A stretch of 64,000 nucleotides of DNA from Oscillospiraceae bacterium (GTDB lineage: Bacteria > Bacillota > Clostridia > Oscillospirales > Oscillospiraceae): NCBI GenBank assembly GCA_902767915.1, contig CACXJE010000004.1:22692-86691 (forward strand), in the 5' to 3' direction. A program made the translations under genes and the position numbers. Positions 1 through 9,171 of this stretch are shown here, in pieces. The notes under the pieces are model-generated. The model was given only the letters and a program-made list of their open reading frames with translations. It did not search any database and had not been told where the DNA came from. Each line of letters starts with the position of its first letter. The stretch's first letter is position 1.

Positions 1-578
1 TTCGTCCGGGCACAGAAGGCCTCCAGCTTCTCGGTGGAAACGTCCAGCAGCTTCGTGTCCACGGCCCCGGGCCGCAGGACGATGACCCGGATCCCCAGCA
101 GCTGCAGCTCCATCCGCAGAGAGGAGGCGTAGGCGTCCAGGGCGGTCTTTGTGATGGCGTAAATTCCGGTGAAGGGCAGCGGGTCCAGCGGGGCGAGCTC
201 GCTGGTGGTGATCACGATCCGGGCCTTGGGCGCCAGCAGGGGCAGAAAGGTCCGGTTCACCCGATAGACCGCGTCCAGGTTCACCGCGAAGATCCGCTTC
301 CAGGCTTCCTCCTCCATCTCCACCAGGGAGTTCAGGTCATAGAGGCCCGCCATGTGGAGGATACCCCGCAGCCGGATCCCCCCATCCCGCATCGTTTCAA
401 AGGCCCGCCGCACCGAAGCAGGGTCCGTCAGGTCCGTCTGCAGGAAGCGCAGGCCTGCCACCGGCGGCTCCGGCTGCCGGAGATCCAGCCCATAGACCGT
501 TTCCCCGGCCTGCAGCAGCTTTTTCACTGCCGCCAGCCCCATTCCGCCGGCAGCGCCGGTAATCAGTACCGCGCCCAC
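1..578 (-). CDS. Short-chain dehydrogenase/reductase (SDR); C-terminus cut by left window edge
   Basis: Minus-strand frame absent from ORF track because it runs off the window. It reads LTVGAVLITGAAGGMG (TGxxxGxG, ~530-586) and, in the same frame, YAITK (YxxxK, ~147-161). Probable GTG start near 578. Confidence 0.7.
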   Translation of the reverse strand, partial: MGAVLITGAAGGMGLAAVKKLLQAGETVYGLDLRQPEPPVAGLRFLQTDLTDPASVRRAFETMRDGGIRLRGILHMAGLYDLNSLVEMEEEAWKRIFAVNLDAVYRVNRTFLPLLAPKARIVITTSELAPLDPLPFTGIYAITKTALDAYASSLRMELQLLGIRVIVLRPGAVDTKLLDVSTEKLEAFCART

Positions 579-580
579 CG

Positions 581-1228
581 TCAGAAGGCTCGCAGGACAC
601 GCACAGCCCCGGCCACAGCCTCCCGGAAGCGATCGAAGTCCTCCGGAACGCCTACCACGCTGCCGTAGTGGATGGGGATCACCGCCTGGGGCCGCATTTG
701 CTTCACAAGGGCCGCCGCCTCCAGGGCGTCCATGGTGTACTTCCCGCCGATGGGCAGCATGGCAACGTCGCACCGTACCGCTGCCGCCTCCTCGGTGGCG
801 TCCGTATCCCCGGCAACGTAGAGCCGCAGGCCGTTGAGCTGCAGCACATAGCCCACCCAGCCGTTTTTTCTGGGATGGAACTGTTTGTTCAGGTTATAGG
901 CGGGCACGGCCTCGAAGGCGATCCCCGCCGCTGCGCCGGGTTTTCCGGGTTCTGCGATCACTGTGCAGCGGTTCCCGATCTGGGCCGCCGCTGCCTTTGC
1001 GGTGCTCTGCGGCAGGACAAACACCGTTGTCTCCTTCAGAACCTTCTCAACGTCCTCGGGAGAATAATGGTCAAAATGGTCGTGGGTCAAAAAAATCAAG
1101 TCCGCATCGTGGGGCGCAGCCTGCAATTTGAACGGGTCGATGTAGAGAACCTTCCCCTCCGCTTCCACACGGACGGAGCTGTGGGCATTGACGGTGATTC
1201 CCCGCAGCAGGGCTTCCGGGTTTTCCAT
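581..1228 (-). CDS. MBL-fold metallo-hydrolase
   Basis: 215-aa ORF with HxHxDH motif (LTHDHFDHY); size and later His/Asp residues fit the beta-lactamase fold. Confidence 0.8.
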   Translation of the reverse strand: MENPEALLRGITVNAHSSVRVEAEGKVLYIDPFKLQAAPHDADLIFLTHDHFDHYSPEDVEKVLKETTVFVLPQSTAKAAAAQIGNRCTVIAEPGKPGAAAGIAFEAVPAYNLNKQFHPRKNGWVGYVLQLNGLRLYVAGDTDATEEAAAVRCDVAMLPIGGKYTMDALEAAALVKQMRPQAVIPIHYGSVVGVPEDFDRFREAVAGAVRVLRAF

Positions 1229-1343
1229 GGTCTTTCCTCCTTTTCTGTGGACAATCGCACTTGCGATTCTTGCTGTAATCTATTATAATCATAACACAGG
1301 CAGCAAAAGATTTCCACCTTATTTTCAAAAAAGGGTTGAGTTT

Positions 1344-2057
1344 ATGCATTACGCCGTTTCTGACATTCACGGCTGCTATGAGTTGTTTTCGGAGCTGCTT
1401 CGGAAGATCTCCTTCACCGAAGCGGACACGCTGTTCTTTCTGGGGGACGCGGCGGATCGGGGCCCGGATGGGATCCGGGTGATTCAGGATCTGATGGATC
1501 GGCCAAACGTGATCTGTCTGCTGGGCAACCACGAGGACATGTTCCGGAAGGTGGCGAAATGCCACGGAAAAGCCCTGAACGAGGACGAACAGAACGCCTA
1601 TGACCGCACGTTCCGGAACTGGACGGAGCGCAACGGCGGGCGCATCACCTGGGAGGCATATCTGCAGCTGCCGAGGCCCCGACAGGAAGCCGTTCTTGCC
1701 TGGATCGAAGCGCTTCCCACTTTCTACGAAATCGCGCTGAACGGCAGAGCCTTTCTGCTGGCCCACGCAGGTGTCGGCGTCTACGAGCCGGAAAAGGCGC
1801 TCTCCGACTGTGTTTTGCACGATTTCATCTGGGAGCGGATGGATTATGACCGGGTCTATTATCAGAACAAGCTGCTGGTTACCGGGCATACACCGACCTT
1901 TTTCATCGACCCCGCCTGCGCGGGCAGGATCCTGCAGCGGAACAATCATATCGTCATCGACTGCGGGGCAGTCTATCAGGGCACCCTGGGCTGTATCTGT
2001 CTGGAGACGCTGGAAACCTTCTATGTGTCGGAAAAAGCCGATCATTCGATGGTATGA
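1344..2057 (+). CDS. Metallophosphoesterase / Ser-Thr phosphatase family (PrpA/ApaH-like)
   Basis: Start trimmed to ATG 1344 (MHYAVSDIHGC). Motifs DIHG, GDAADRGPD and GNHE. The upstream part of track ORF 1188.. overlaps the divergent gene. Confidence 0.8.
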   Translation: MHYAVSDIHGCYELFSELLRKISFTEADTLFFLGDAADRGPDGIRVIQDLMDRPNVICLLGNHEDMFRKVAKCHGKALNEDEQNAYDRTFRNWTERNGGRITWEAYLQLPRPRQEAVLAWIEALPTFYEIALNGRAFLLAHAGVGVYEPEKALSDCVLHDFIWERMDYDRVYYQNKLLVTGHTPTFFIDPACAGRILQRNNHIVIDCGAVYQGTLGCICLETLETFYVSEKADHSMV

Positions 2058-2183
2058 AACAGCTGCCGCGCTTGAAATTATAATCCTTCCTGTGAATCAT
2101 AATCATATACGGAAATTCCGTTCCGACCGTTGGCTCGGGCAAAGGGATTTCTGACAAGATCTGTAGATCTGGAGGCTGCCGAT

Positions 2184-3947
2184 ATGAAAAAAATCATCTG
2201 TGAGCTATGTGAATGTACAGAATTTACAAAAGAAAACGGATTTTTTGTCTGTCACGGCTGCGGAACCAGGTACACGTTAGCGGAGGCGAGAGGGCTGCTG
2301 CACGACGTGGAAGACCCTGTGCCTATTATGGAGGCAGTTGTGACAGCGCAGCCTTCGGCAGAACCTGGACCTGAGCCGGAGGAATCCTTCGGTGCGCAGA
2401 AGGAAGGCGGGGCCGATGCGCTTTATGAACCGGAGGCAGAAGCGGCAGAACCAGTCGCTGCCCCGGAGCCTGAGATGAACCCTGTGGCGGAGCCGGCTTC
2501 TGTCCCCTCCCCGGGTTGTGAGCAGGCGCCCGCTCCGGCGGAACCGATACCTGCCGCGTTTTTCGAGGATAGGATGCCAGAATCCGAAGCAGAGGCCTCT
2601 CCCCTTCCCGCCCCCGATCCTGTGCAGGAACAGATCGTCTCCAAGCTCAGCCTTGCCGCCGAAGCGGTTGAGGCCCGGAACTATCGGGACGGAGAAGCGC
2701 TCTGCAACGAGATCCTCACCCTTGATCCCTCCTGCAGCGAGGCATTTTTTCTGAAAGCAAGGGCGATCGGCTGGCAATCTCGCATCGGAGCCCTTCGCCT
2801 GGATGCCGCCGCGGCTTTATTCCGGGATGCCATCGGCAGCGCGGATCCGGATGCACAGGAAGCCGTGAAGGAGCGCGCCGTTGCGGAGCTGAAAAAGCTG
2901 GGTTTGGCCCTGGTTGCCCTTCGGCGGGACAGATTTTCCAAACAGCCGAACTCCGCAGAACTGGCAGGATATCTCTCTGACAAGGACGCTGTGCTGAAAT
3001 CCCTTGGGCTTATCCTGGAGGCCGGAAGCAGGCAGCCCCTTCCGGAATCGTACTGCTGGCAGATTTCCGCCGTCATGAATCAGGCTGCAGTCTCCGCCTA
3101 CAACAAGACCCGCTCTGACTGGCAGCAGCTTGCGCATCCGTCCAGAGAAGACTGGAATGCCCATATCGAAGCCCTCGGCAGCATTGAGGAGCTGCTCCGG
3201 CAAGCCATCCTTCTGAGCCCCAACGACGATGGGGCGAATCTCACACGGTATCAAAATCTCATCGTCGTCACAGAAGCGCCCTGCAGCGCCTGGGCCTGGC
3301 AGCAGGGCTGGAACGCCAACAAGGGGTGCTATGAATGGCAGCGGAGCTGGCGCCTGTCCGACTCTGCGATCGCCGAACGGAAGAACACGGTCGCCTTCCT
3401 CAAGGTTCGGATCTCCGAGCTGCAAAGCCATATTAAGGAAAAGGAGGAAGCCGCCGCCAAACAGGCGGAGGCGGACCGAAGGGCCCGCGTGATTGCCTAT
3501 TGGCAGGCACATCCCGAGCAGAAGGCCGCCATTGATGACGAGAGAATGGAGGCCAATCAGAAGCGCAACATTCTCAAAAAGGAAATTGCTGCCCTGGATT
3601 ATGAAATTGAAAACGCAAGGCCCACCGGACTTCTTCCCGCCGAACAGGAATTGAATGCCTTGCATACCAAGCTCAGCGGTCTGATGGCCTATCGTTCACA
3701 GCTGGCCCAGCATAACAGCAGCGGAACAAATATGGTTGACGAGAATATTGCGCGGGTCAAGCGAGAGATCGAAGTATACCAGGAGAAGGTTGTCAACGAA
3801 CGGAACGCGCAAAACTCCAGCGCGAACGTGTTGTTTTCAAAGCTCTGCGCCAGAAGGGCGCAGCTTTCCGAAGTGCTGGAGGCAACGGAAAAGCAACTCG
3901 ACGCCCTTACGGCAGCGGTCAACACCATTCCCGAACAGGGGCAGTAA
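2184..3947 (+). CDS. Zn-ribbon protein with Pro/Glu/Ala-rich linker, helical-repeat region and C-terminal coiled coil
   Basis: ATG 2184 preceded by GGAGG (2171-2175). N-terminus has CxxC...CxxC (CELCECTEF...CHGCGTRY), followed by a low-complexity PEPE/AEA stretch; the C-terminal ~170 aa are heptad-like and rich in E/K/Q/A. Confidence 0.6.
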   Translation: MKKIICELCECTEFTKENGFFVCHGCGTRYTLAEARGLLHDVEDPVPIMEAVVTAQPSAEPGPEPEESFGAQKEGGADALYEPEAEAAEPVAAPEPEMNPVAEPASVPSPGCEQAPAPAEPIPAAFFEDRMPESEAEASPLPAPDPVQEQIVSKLSLAAEAVEARNYRDGEALCNEILTLDPSCSEAFFLKARAIGWQSRIGALRLDAAAALFRDAIGSADPDAQEAVKERAVAELKKLGLALVALRRDRFSKQPNSAELAGYLSDKDAVLKSLGLILEAGSRQPLPESYCWQISAVMNQAAVSAYNKTRSDWQQLAHPSREDWNAHIEALGSIEELLRQAILLSPNDDGANLTRYQNLIVVTEAPCSAWAWQQGWNANKGCYEWQRSWRLSDSAIAERKNTVAFLKVRISELQSHIKEKEEAAAKQAEADRRARVIAYWQAHPEQKAAIDDERMEANQKRNILKKEIAALDYEIENARPTGLLPAEQELNALHTKLSGLMAYRSQLAQHNSSGTNMVDENIARVKREIEVYQEKVVNERNAQNSSANVLFSKLCARRAQLSEVLEATEKQLDALTAAVNTIPEQGQ

Positions 3948-4338
3948 CTGACAAGCAGCCTGATCAGAACCGTCCCTCAGACTCCCCAGACACCCCAGAA
4001 TCGCATTTGGCCTTGATCCATGTCACACAGAAAGATACAGGTGGTACAAGGATTGTTCGGCGAGCAGGTTAAGCTCGCCCCGAAAAAAGCGGCGTGTTAC
4101 GCTTCATAAGGCTACCATTGAAAACGACATTTCCTATCTGGGGGCGTTCACATACCAGCACTTCATTCCCGGCACTATTCCATCCTCCTGGCAGCCATGC
4201 TGGTGATCATCAGCTGCCTCGACCTTGTGCTGGGCAAGTGTTTCCCCGTGGAAAAGGCTGTCGGCTTCGGCGGGTCAACCAGTCTGATTTTCCTGGCACC
4301 GGTCGTCCTGCTGTTTTCTTATGGCAGATGTATCACAC

Positions 4339-4388
4339 AAAAATCTCCACGGAGTATGGCGCATTTCATACTCCGTGGAGGTTTTTTA
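4339..4388. terminator. Bidirectional rho-independent terminator
   Basis: 14-bp perfect stem CTCCACGGAGTATG / CATACTCCGTGGAG (4345-4358 / 4367-4380), flanked by an A-run and a T-run. Lies just downstream of the MFS stop at 4407. Confidence 0.8.
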
Positions 4389-4406
4389 GTTAACGTGGGA
4401 ATCAAT

Positions 4407-5644
4407 TCAGCGTCTCTGCTTCCGCAGCAGCGGCACGGCGGGAAGCAGAACCAGGACGCCCGCGATCAGGGCCGCCAGGAAGATGCCGTTGTGAGGAATG
4501 AAGGAGGCAGTGCCGTCGTCGCCGATGACGGTATCCGCGTTTCGCAGCACCAAAGCCCCGATCCAGGGACCGATGACCCCGGGGATCAGCACCTGGCCCA
4601 CGATCCGCAGGCCCTGGAACATACCGGCCCGGTTGGCGGGGGTGTTGTCCCGGATCATGGCGCCGAAAACTGCCATGCCCGCCAGATAGCCGCTCATCAT
4701 CAGAAGCGAGCCCAGGAACACCGGCGCCGTGGCACGGGTCAGGAACAGCAGCACATAGCCCGCTCCCAGCATCCCGAGCGCCGGCGGCAGGGTGCCCCGG
4801 AAGTGGTACTTGTCATACAGCTTGCCGTAGAACACCGTGACCACCGCAGCCAGCACAATGGCGGGAGCCATAATCATGACGTAGTTTTCCATCCCCAGGG
4901 TGACCTCATAATAGAGGATCAGATAGGGCATGAAAATCTGAATGGAGATGCCGAAAACCGCGAAGGCCGCCAGGGTCCAATAGAGGGCAGGATTCTGCCG
5001 CACCACCGAGGGCCGGAAGCCGTAGCTCACGTTCCGGAGGATACTCTGGTTGCCTGAGGTATCCACCTTCGGCTCCCGGATCAGGAAAAAGCCCAACACG
5101 CCGATGACCAGCACCACCGCTCCGATGACGGTGAAGATGGTCACCCAGGCCGAGGCCTTGTCCAGATCAAACCCCATAAAGCCGCCGAACACCACTAAGA
5201 TCGCCAGCAGAGGCATCATGGCGTTGACGCCCTCGGCGGTGCCCCGGTTGGTCTCGTCGGTGGAGTCCGTGAGCCAGGCGTTGAAGCAGGCGTCGTTGGC
5301 GCTGGAGCCGAAGAAGGTCATCACGCAGTCCATCACGATGACAAGGCTGACCCCCGCGGAGGCCGCGGAAACTGTGGCCGGAACGATTTTGGAGATCACG
5401 TCCGTCCGGATCAGCGCAAAGCTCCAGATGGAAATGCCCCAAAGGATGTAGCCCCCGCACATGAAGAGCTTCCGCTTGCCCAGCTTGTCGGACAGGGCGC
5501 CGATGAAGATGGTGGTGAGGCATGGAACATCTTGTAGATGAACACGTTGAAATACATGTTCTCCACCACCCAGGCCACCTGACCCACTAAGCTGAAGATA
5601 ATCAGCGCAGCCCAGAATTTCCCGTTGAGCTTGGTTCGTTTCAT
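4407..5644 (-). pseudogene. MFS transporter, disrupted (frameshift plus probable short internal deletion near 5516-5520)
   Basis: N-terminal 43 aa (MKRTKLNGKFWAALIIFSLVGQVAWVVENMYFNVFIYKMFHAS, ORF 5411..5644) are in one frame. The rest (..TTIFIGALSDKLGKRKLFMCGGYILWG.., ORF 4407..5462 extended upstream) is in another. The TM1-to-GxLSDxxGKRK spacing is too short to hold TM2. Confidence 0.6.
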
Positions 5645-5673
5645 CTCTATCGCTCCCCTCGCCGAGAAAGTTT

Positions 5674-6789
5674 TTATTTCTTCGTCACGCCGTCGCCGTA
5701 AATGGTGGACCAGTCGTTTTTCATGGAGATGGGGACCCAGTCGAACTCCTCACACAGGTCGTACATCTTGTCCGCCTTTTTCTCGCTGCCGTTTTCCCGG
5801 ACCAGGTCGTCGCAGCAGAGCATGAAGGCCAGACTCCTGTAGGGGTTGTTGCTGGTGACGTATTCCGCCATGCTGGCGTCGCCGGTGCTGTTGCCGAAGG
5901 AAAGCACCGGCTGCACGCCGATCTCCTGGGCAATCACGGAAACCTTGTTCATTTTCAGGTTCTTCACCAGGAACTCTCCGCCCAGAACCAACTGATCCTG
6001 ATCCGCGAAAACGTAATCCAGGCCGTCGGTATCCCCCTGATTGGTGGAGACCAGGGTCTCGTCAGAGCCGATAATCTGCCCCATGGGGACCTTCAGCGGA
6101 GAGTTGTACACGATGCCCCGGACAATCAGCCGGTCCGTGCCGCTGACGATATAGACGGTAAAGTCATTGGCCTGCAGGTATTCCACCACCTGCAGCATGG
6201 GCTTGTACCAGCCCTCGCCCCGCAGCATGCCGTCGTAGCTGGGCATGGGGAGCTTTTTGAATTCCTGGATGTAGGCGTTGAACTCCTCCGGGGTCATGCC
6301 GGCAAAGGAGGACGCGATGCACTGACCGTGATCCACCTCCAGGCCTGTGAAGGAGGTGCCGTTGAGGTTCTGGTCAACGATCTTGTGCGCGGTTACCTTC
6401 TCAAAGTCGCTGGCCTTGTCGATATAATCCGGATCCTCCAGCACGCGATGGACCAGAAGGGTATAGTCAAAGTAGTTGGGGTCGGTCTCGCAGAACAGCG
6501 TTCCGTCCAGATCGAAGACCGCGATCCGGCGGTCCACCGGGATGAAATCCGGGCCGTCCTCGGTGGTAACGGCTGTCACATAGTCGATGAGCTGCTGCTT
6601 GGAGGCTGCATCCGCCGTCCAGAGGGAAAGCGCCTCTTCGCCGGAGACCGGCTGGTTTTCGGCAGCCTTCTCCGGGCTCTGCTTCCAGCCAACGCCCAGG
6701 GCATACAGGCAGCTCACCACCAGCAGCAGACACAGGGCGATCATTGCCAGGGATTTCCAAAAAGTGATGGGATTCTTTTCTTTCTTCAT
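5674..6789 (-). CDS. HAD-superfamily hydrolase, probably a secreted lipoprotein
   Basis: 371 aa. N-terminal signal with lipobox-like LVVSC; HAD motif I FDLDGTLF; motif III-like GNSTGDASM. Confidence 0.7.
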   Translation of the reverse strand: MKKEKNPITFWKSLAMIALCLLLVVSCLYALGVGWKQSPEKAAENQPVSGEEALSLWTADAASKQQLIDYVTAVTTEDGPDFIPVDRRIAVFDLDGTLFCETDPNYFDYTLLVHRVLEDPDYIDKASDFEKVTAHKIVDQNLNGTSFTGLEVDHGQCIASSFAGMTPEEFNAYIQEFKKLPMPSYDGMLRGEGWYKPMLQVVEYLQANDFTVYIVSGTDRLIVRGIVYNSPLKVPMGQIIGSDETLVSTNQGDTDGLDYVFADQDQLVLGGEFLVKNLKMNKVSVIAQEIGVQPVLSFGNSTGDASMAEYVTSNNPYRSLAFMLCCDDLVRENGSEKKADKMYDLCEEFDWVPISMKNDWSTIYGDGVTKK

Positions 6790-6819
6790 GGCTGTTCCTC
6801 TTCTTTCTGATGGGTTGAT

Positions 6820-7485
6820 TCAAATCCGGGTATTCCCGGTGATTTTCAATTTGTCCGGCTCCACGCGGCAGGGCAGATACAGAATCTGCACCCCTGCCTG
6901 TTTGGCCGCCTCCAGAGCCGCAGCAAAGGCAGGGTCTGTCTCCCCGTTGGGCAGCACAAGCTCCAGGCCCTCCGCCTGCATGACAAAGGCCACAGCGGCG
7001 TGATAGCCCCGGGCCGCCGCTCCGGCGAGCTCCTTCAGGTGCTTTGTCCCCCGCTCCGTGGGCGCGTCGGGGAAATAGCCGATTCCCTCCCGCTCCAGGG
7101 TACAGCCCTTGACCTCCAGCAGGTATTTCTCGCCGCCCCGTTCCATGTAAAAGTCAATCCGGGACTGACCAAAAGGGTATTCCGGAATGATCCGGTCAAA
7201 GCCCTGCCGGGTCAGCCACTCCCCTGCTGCGGCGTTCGGCGCCTGGCTGTCGATGTTGAACAGGACGCCGCTGCTTTTCCGGACGGCAATCAGGTCATAT
7301 TTCGTTTTCCGCGCTGGGTTGTCCGACTTTGCCAGCCATACCTCCGCCCCGGGCACCAGCAGCTCCCGACACCGCCCCGTGTTCTTCACATGGACGGTCT
7401 CTTCCAGCCCGCCGATCTCCACCCGGGCAATAAACCGATTGGGCCGCGCCAGAAAAACCCCACGGCAAATATTGTGATAAATCAT
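6820..7485 (-). CDS. sfsA: Sugar fermentation stimulation protein SfsA
   Basis: 221 aa. N-terminus GVFLARPNRFIARVEIGG...VHVKNTGRCRELL matches the characteristic SfsA N-terminal pattern. Confidence 0.8.
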   Translation of the reverse strand: MIYHNICRGVFLARPNRFIARVEIGGLEETVHVKNTGRCRELLVPGAEVWLAKSDNPARKTKYDLIAVRKSSGVLFNIDSQAPNAAAGEWLTRQGFDRIIPEYPFGQSRIDFYMERGGEKYLLEVKGCTLEREGIGYFPDAPTERGTKHLKELAGAAARGYHAAVAFVMQAEGLELVLPNGETDPAFAAALEAAKQAGVQILYLPCRVEPDKLKITGNTRI

Positions 7486-7565
7486 AGACTTTCCGTTCTG
7501 TTATGAAGGCTTTTTTGTTCTCGCACGCAGAGCAGCCGCCCTGGGCCGATCGGCAGACGGCCCTT

Positions 7566-7637
7566 CTGCCCTCAGGTCAGGCCGCAGATCAGGTTCCGAT
7601 AGAAATCCACCGCGCCGGGGAGACAGCTGGATTCGAT
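7566..7637. repeat. Direct repeat copy A (relic of M20 peptidase 3' end)
   Basis: Hand alignment to 13409-13480 gives 68/72 identical, with the first 54 nt differing at 1 position. Confidence 0.85.
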
Positions 7638-7652
7638 CTCTTTTATCGTCAT
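7572..7652 (-). pseudogene. Relic 3' fragment of an M20 peptidase gene (26-codon ORF)
   Basis: Encodes MTIKEIESSCLPGAVDFYRNLICGLT*. The intact peptidase at 13415.. ends ..GLPGAVDFYQNLICGLT*. Confidence 0.7.
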
Positions 7653-7693
7653 GATCTGTTTCTCCACGATGTAATGGTTAATTATTTAAATGA

Positions 7694-9145
7694 TTATAAT
7701 GCAAACCCGAATCGGAACTTTCCGTTGACAGGATACTCTGCGGTTTTCCATGCCCGGTTAATCCTATCTATAACTTCAGGAGAAGCCCAAGCAATCTCGT
7801 CACATTGCTTGTAACCCAATTGGGATAGTTTTTCTGACAGCTCGGTCTCTCGTACGGATGGAAGCTGCAAGTAGGCCATTGCCCATTGAAACGCCCGCCG
7901 GGTGTATTCCTTTGAACTGCGGATGGCTCGGGCTACAGCCTCGCAATCCATATCATGTTCTTCCGGGTAAACCTGTCTGCCCTGTTCCATAAGATTGAAG
8001 ATCTTCTCACAGAGGTCTTCCGAGTGCCGGAATTTCACTTTTGCGAAGCATGGATCCAGGAACATGTCATAACTGAATCCCGTTTCTATCAAATACCCGT
8101 GCTGCGCTGCGCAGCGAAGAAACGGTTGATAGCCTATGGGCGTGATATTGGTAAAATGCGGGCTCTGCAGTTGGGCCGCATGGCTCAATTCACAGAGATC
8201 TGCAGGTGCAGAGAAGAGAATTCCGTATCTGGAATCCCCACCTCGCTTAGCTACCTCAGGCCGGGAATCTGCTGTGGAAAATTCATTGGCACGCAATGGA
8301 CGCCATTGCCCGGATTCCTTGTCAATGGTACAGCAGGCAAAAAACAGCGCAACCTTCAAATCTGAGGTGACGTCCAAGCCGTTTGTCGCAATCCCATAAT
8401 GTTGTGCGACAGCTCCATGAAACACGTCTCCCAAAGGCCATTGGTTGACACAATCCAGCTGCTTCAACCAGATGCTGAAATCACAGATCTTTGTTTCCGC
8501 GATCAAATCCTGGATTTCTGCTTTCTGAGGGTCCCTTGATCTTCCTCGGAATAAGGATGCAATGCTTCGGACATTGTAAGCATTTTCCCCTCGGTAATAG
8601 AATCTCGCATAACCCTGGGAGCAAATTCGGTGTCCGTTATACTCAAAAATCTGCCCATCGCGGATGCTGTCCATCATTCGATCCACAAGGAGCTCCAAAG
8701 GTTTCGGATTATCTCGAACGCAGCAGTACACCTCTTCCGCTTCTTCCTCAGAGGAAACGTAGAGATCCAGCAAGTGAGGGAACAGTGTGTCTACCCGATC
8801 AGTTTGCCCCGGAGCAATACCCATAATCCCAGCTACAACCTCATATTCGCTATGCGTCATCTTGCCTTGCGCCAACAACGCATCATACTGCTCCTGCGTC
8901 TTCTTTGCATAACGCTGGAACAGCTCATGCCGGTCCACACACTGCCAGAGCAGATCCTCCGTCAGCTCCGGAATCTGTTCGATGGAGTTAGCATAATGAC
9001 ATCCGGAATGATACTCATCGCTGTCAAAATGCCGCTCCAAATTATGCTTCGCTGAGCCCCGCTCTCCGTAAATCAGCTCCAGCGTGTCTGTCAAGGTTTG
9101 GTATCCGTTTCCACAGATAAACAGCCCGTTATTTGTATCTCTCAT
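7694..9145 (-). CDS. FRG-domain protein
   Basis: 483 aa. FYYRGENAYN..., AVAQHYGIATNGLDVTSDLKVALFFAC and LRCAAQHGY resemble the FRG domain core (YRGQ / QHYGxxTxxLDxT..ALFFA). Visibly more AT-rich than its neighbours. Confidence 0.6.
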   Translation of the reverse strand: MRDTNNGLFICGNGYQTLTDTLELIYGERGSAKHNLERHFDSDEYHSGCHYANSIEQIPELTEDLLWQCVDRHELFQRYAKKTQEQYDALLAQGKMTHSEYEVVAGIMGIAPGQTDRVDTLFPHLLDLYVSSEEEAEEVYCCVRDNPKPLELLVDRMMDSIRDGQIFEYNGHRICSQGYARFYYRGENAYNVRSIASLFRGRSRDPQKAEIQDLIAETKICDFSIWLKQLDCVNQWPLGDVFHGAVAQHYGIATNGLDVTSDLKVALFFACCTIDKESGQWRPLRANEFSTADSRPEVAKRGGDSRYGILFSAPADLCELSHAAQLQSPHFTNITPIGYQPFLRCAAQHGYLIETGFSYDMFLDPCFAKVKFRHSEDLCEKIFNLMEQGRQVYPEEHDMDCEAVARAIRSSKEYTRRAFQWAMAYLQLPSVRETELSEKLSQLGYKQCDEIAWASPEVIDRINRAWKTAEYPVNGKFRFGFAL

Positions 9146-9171
9146 TTCTTTATTTCATATAACTAATTGCT

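Noticed and set aside
3948-4338. Intergenic small ORFs (4094-4393 and the start of 4197-5057) with hydrophobic stretches such as LAAMLVIISCLDLVLGK.
   Set aside because: The readable hydrophobic segments are split across two frames with no start or RBS. This may be a decayed small membrane-protein gene, but the evidence is insufficient to call a feature.
7503-7814. 103-aa plus-strand ORF.
   Set aside because: It is the antisense reading of the M20 relic repeat and the FRG gene 3' end. The similarity of its peptide to ORF 13382.. merely reflects the 72-bp DNA repeat.
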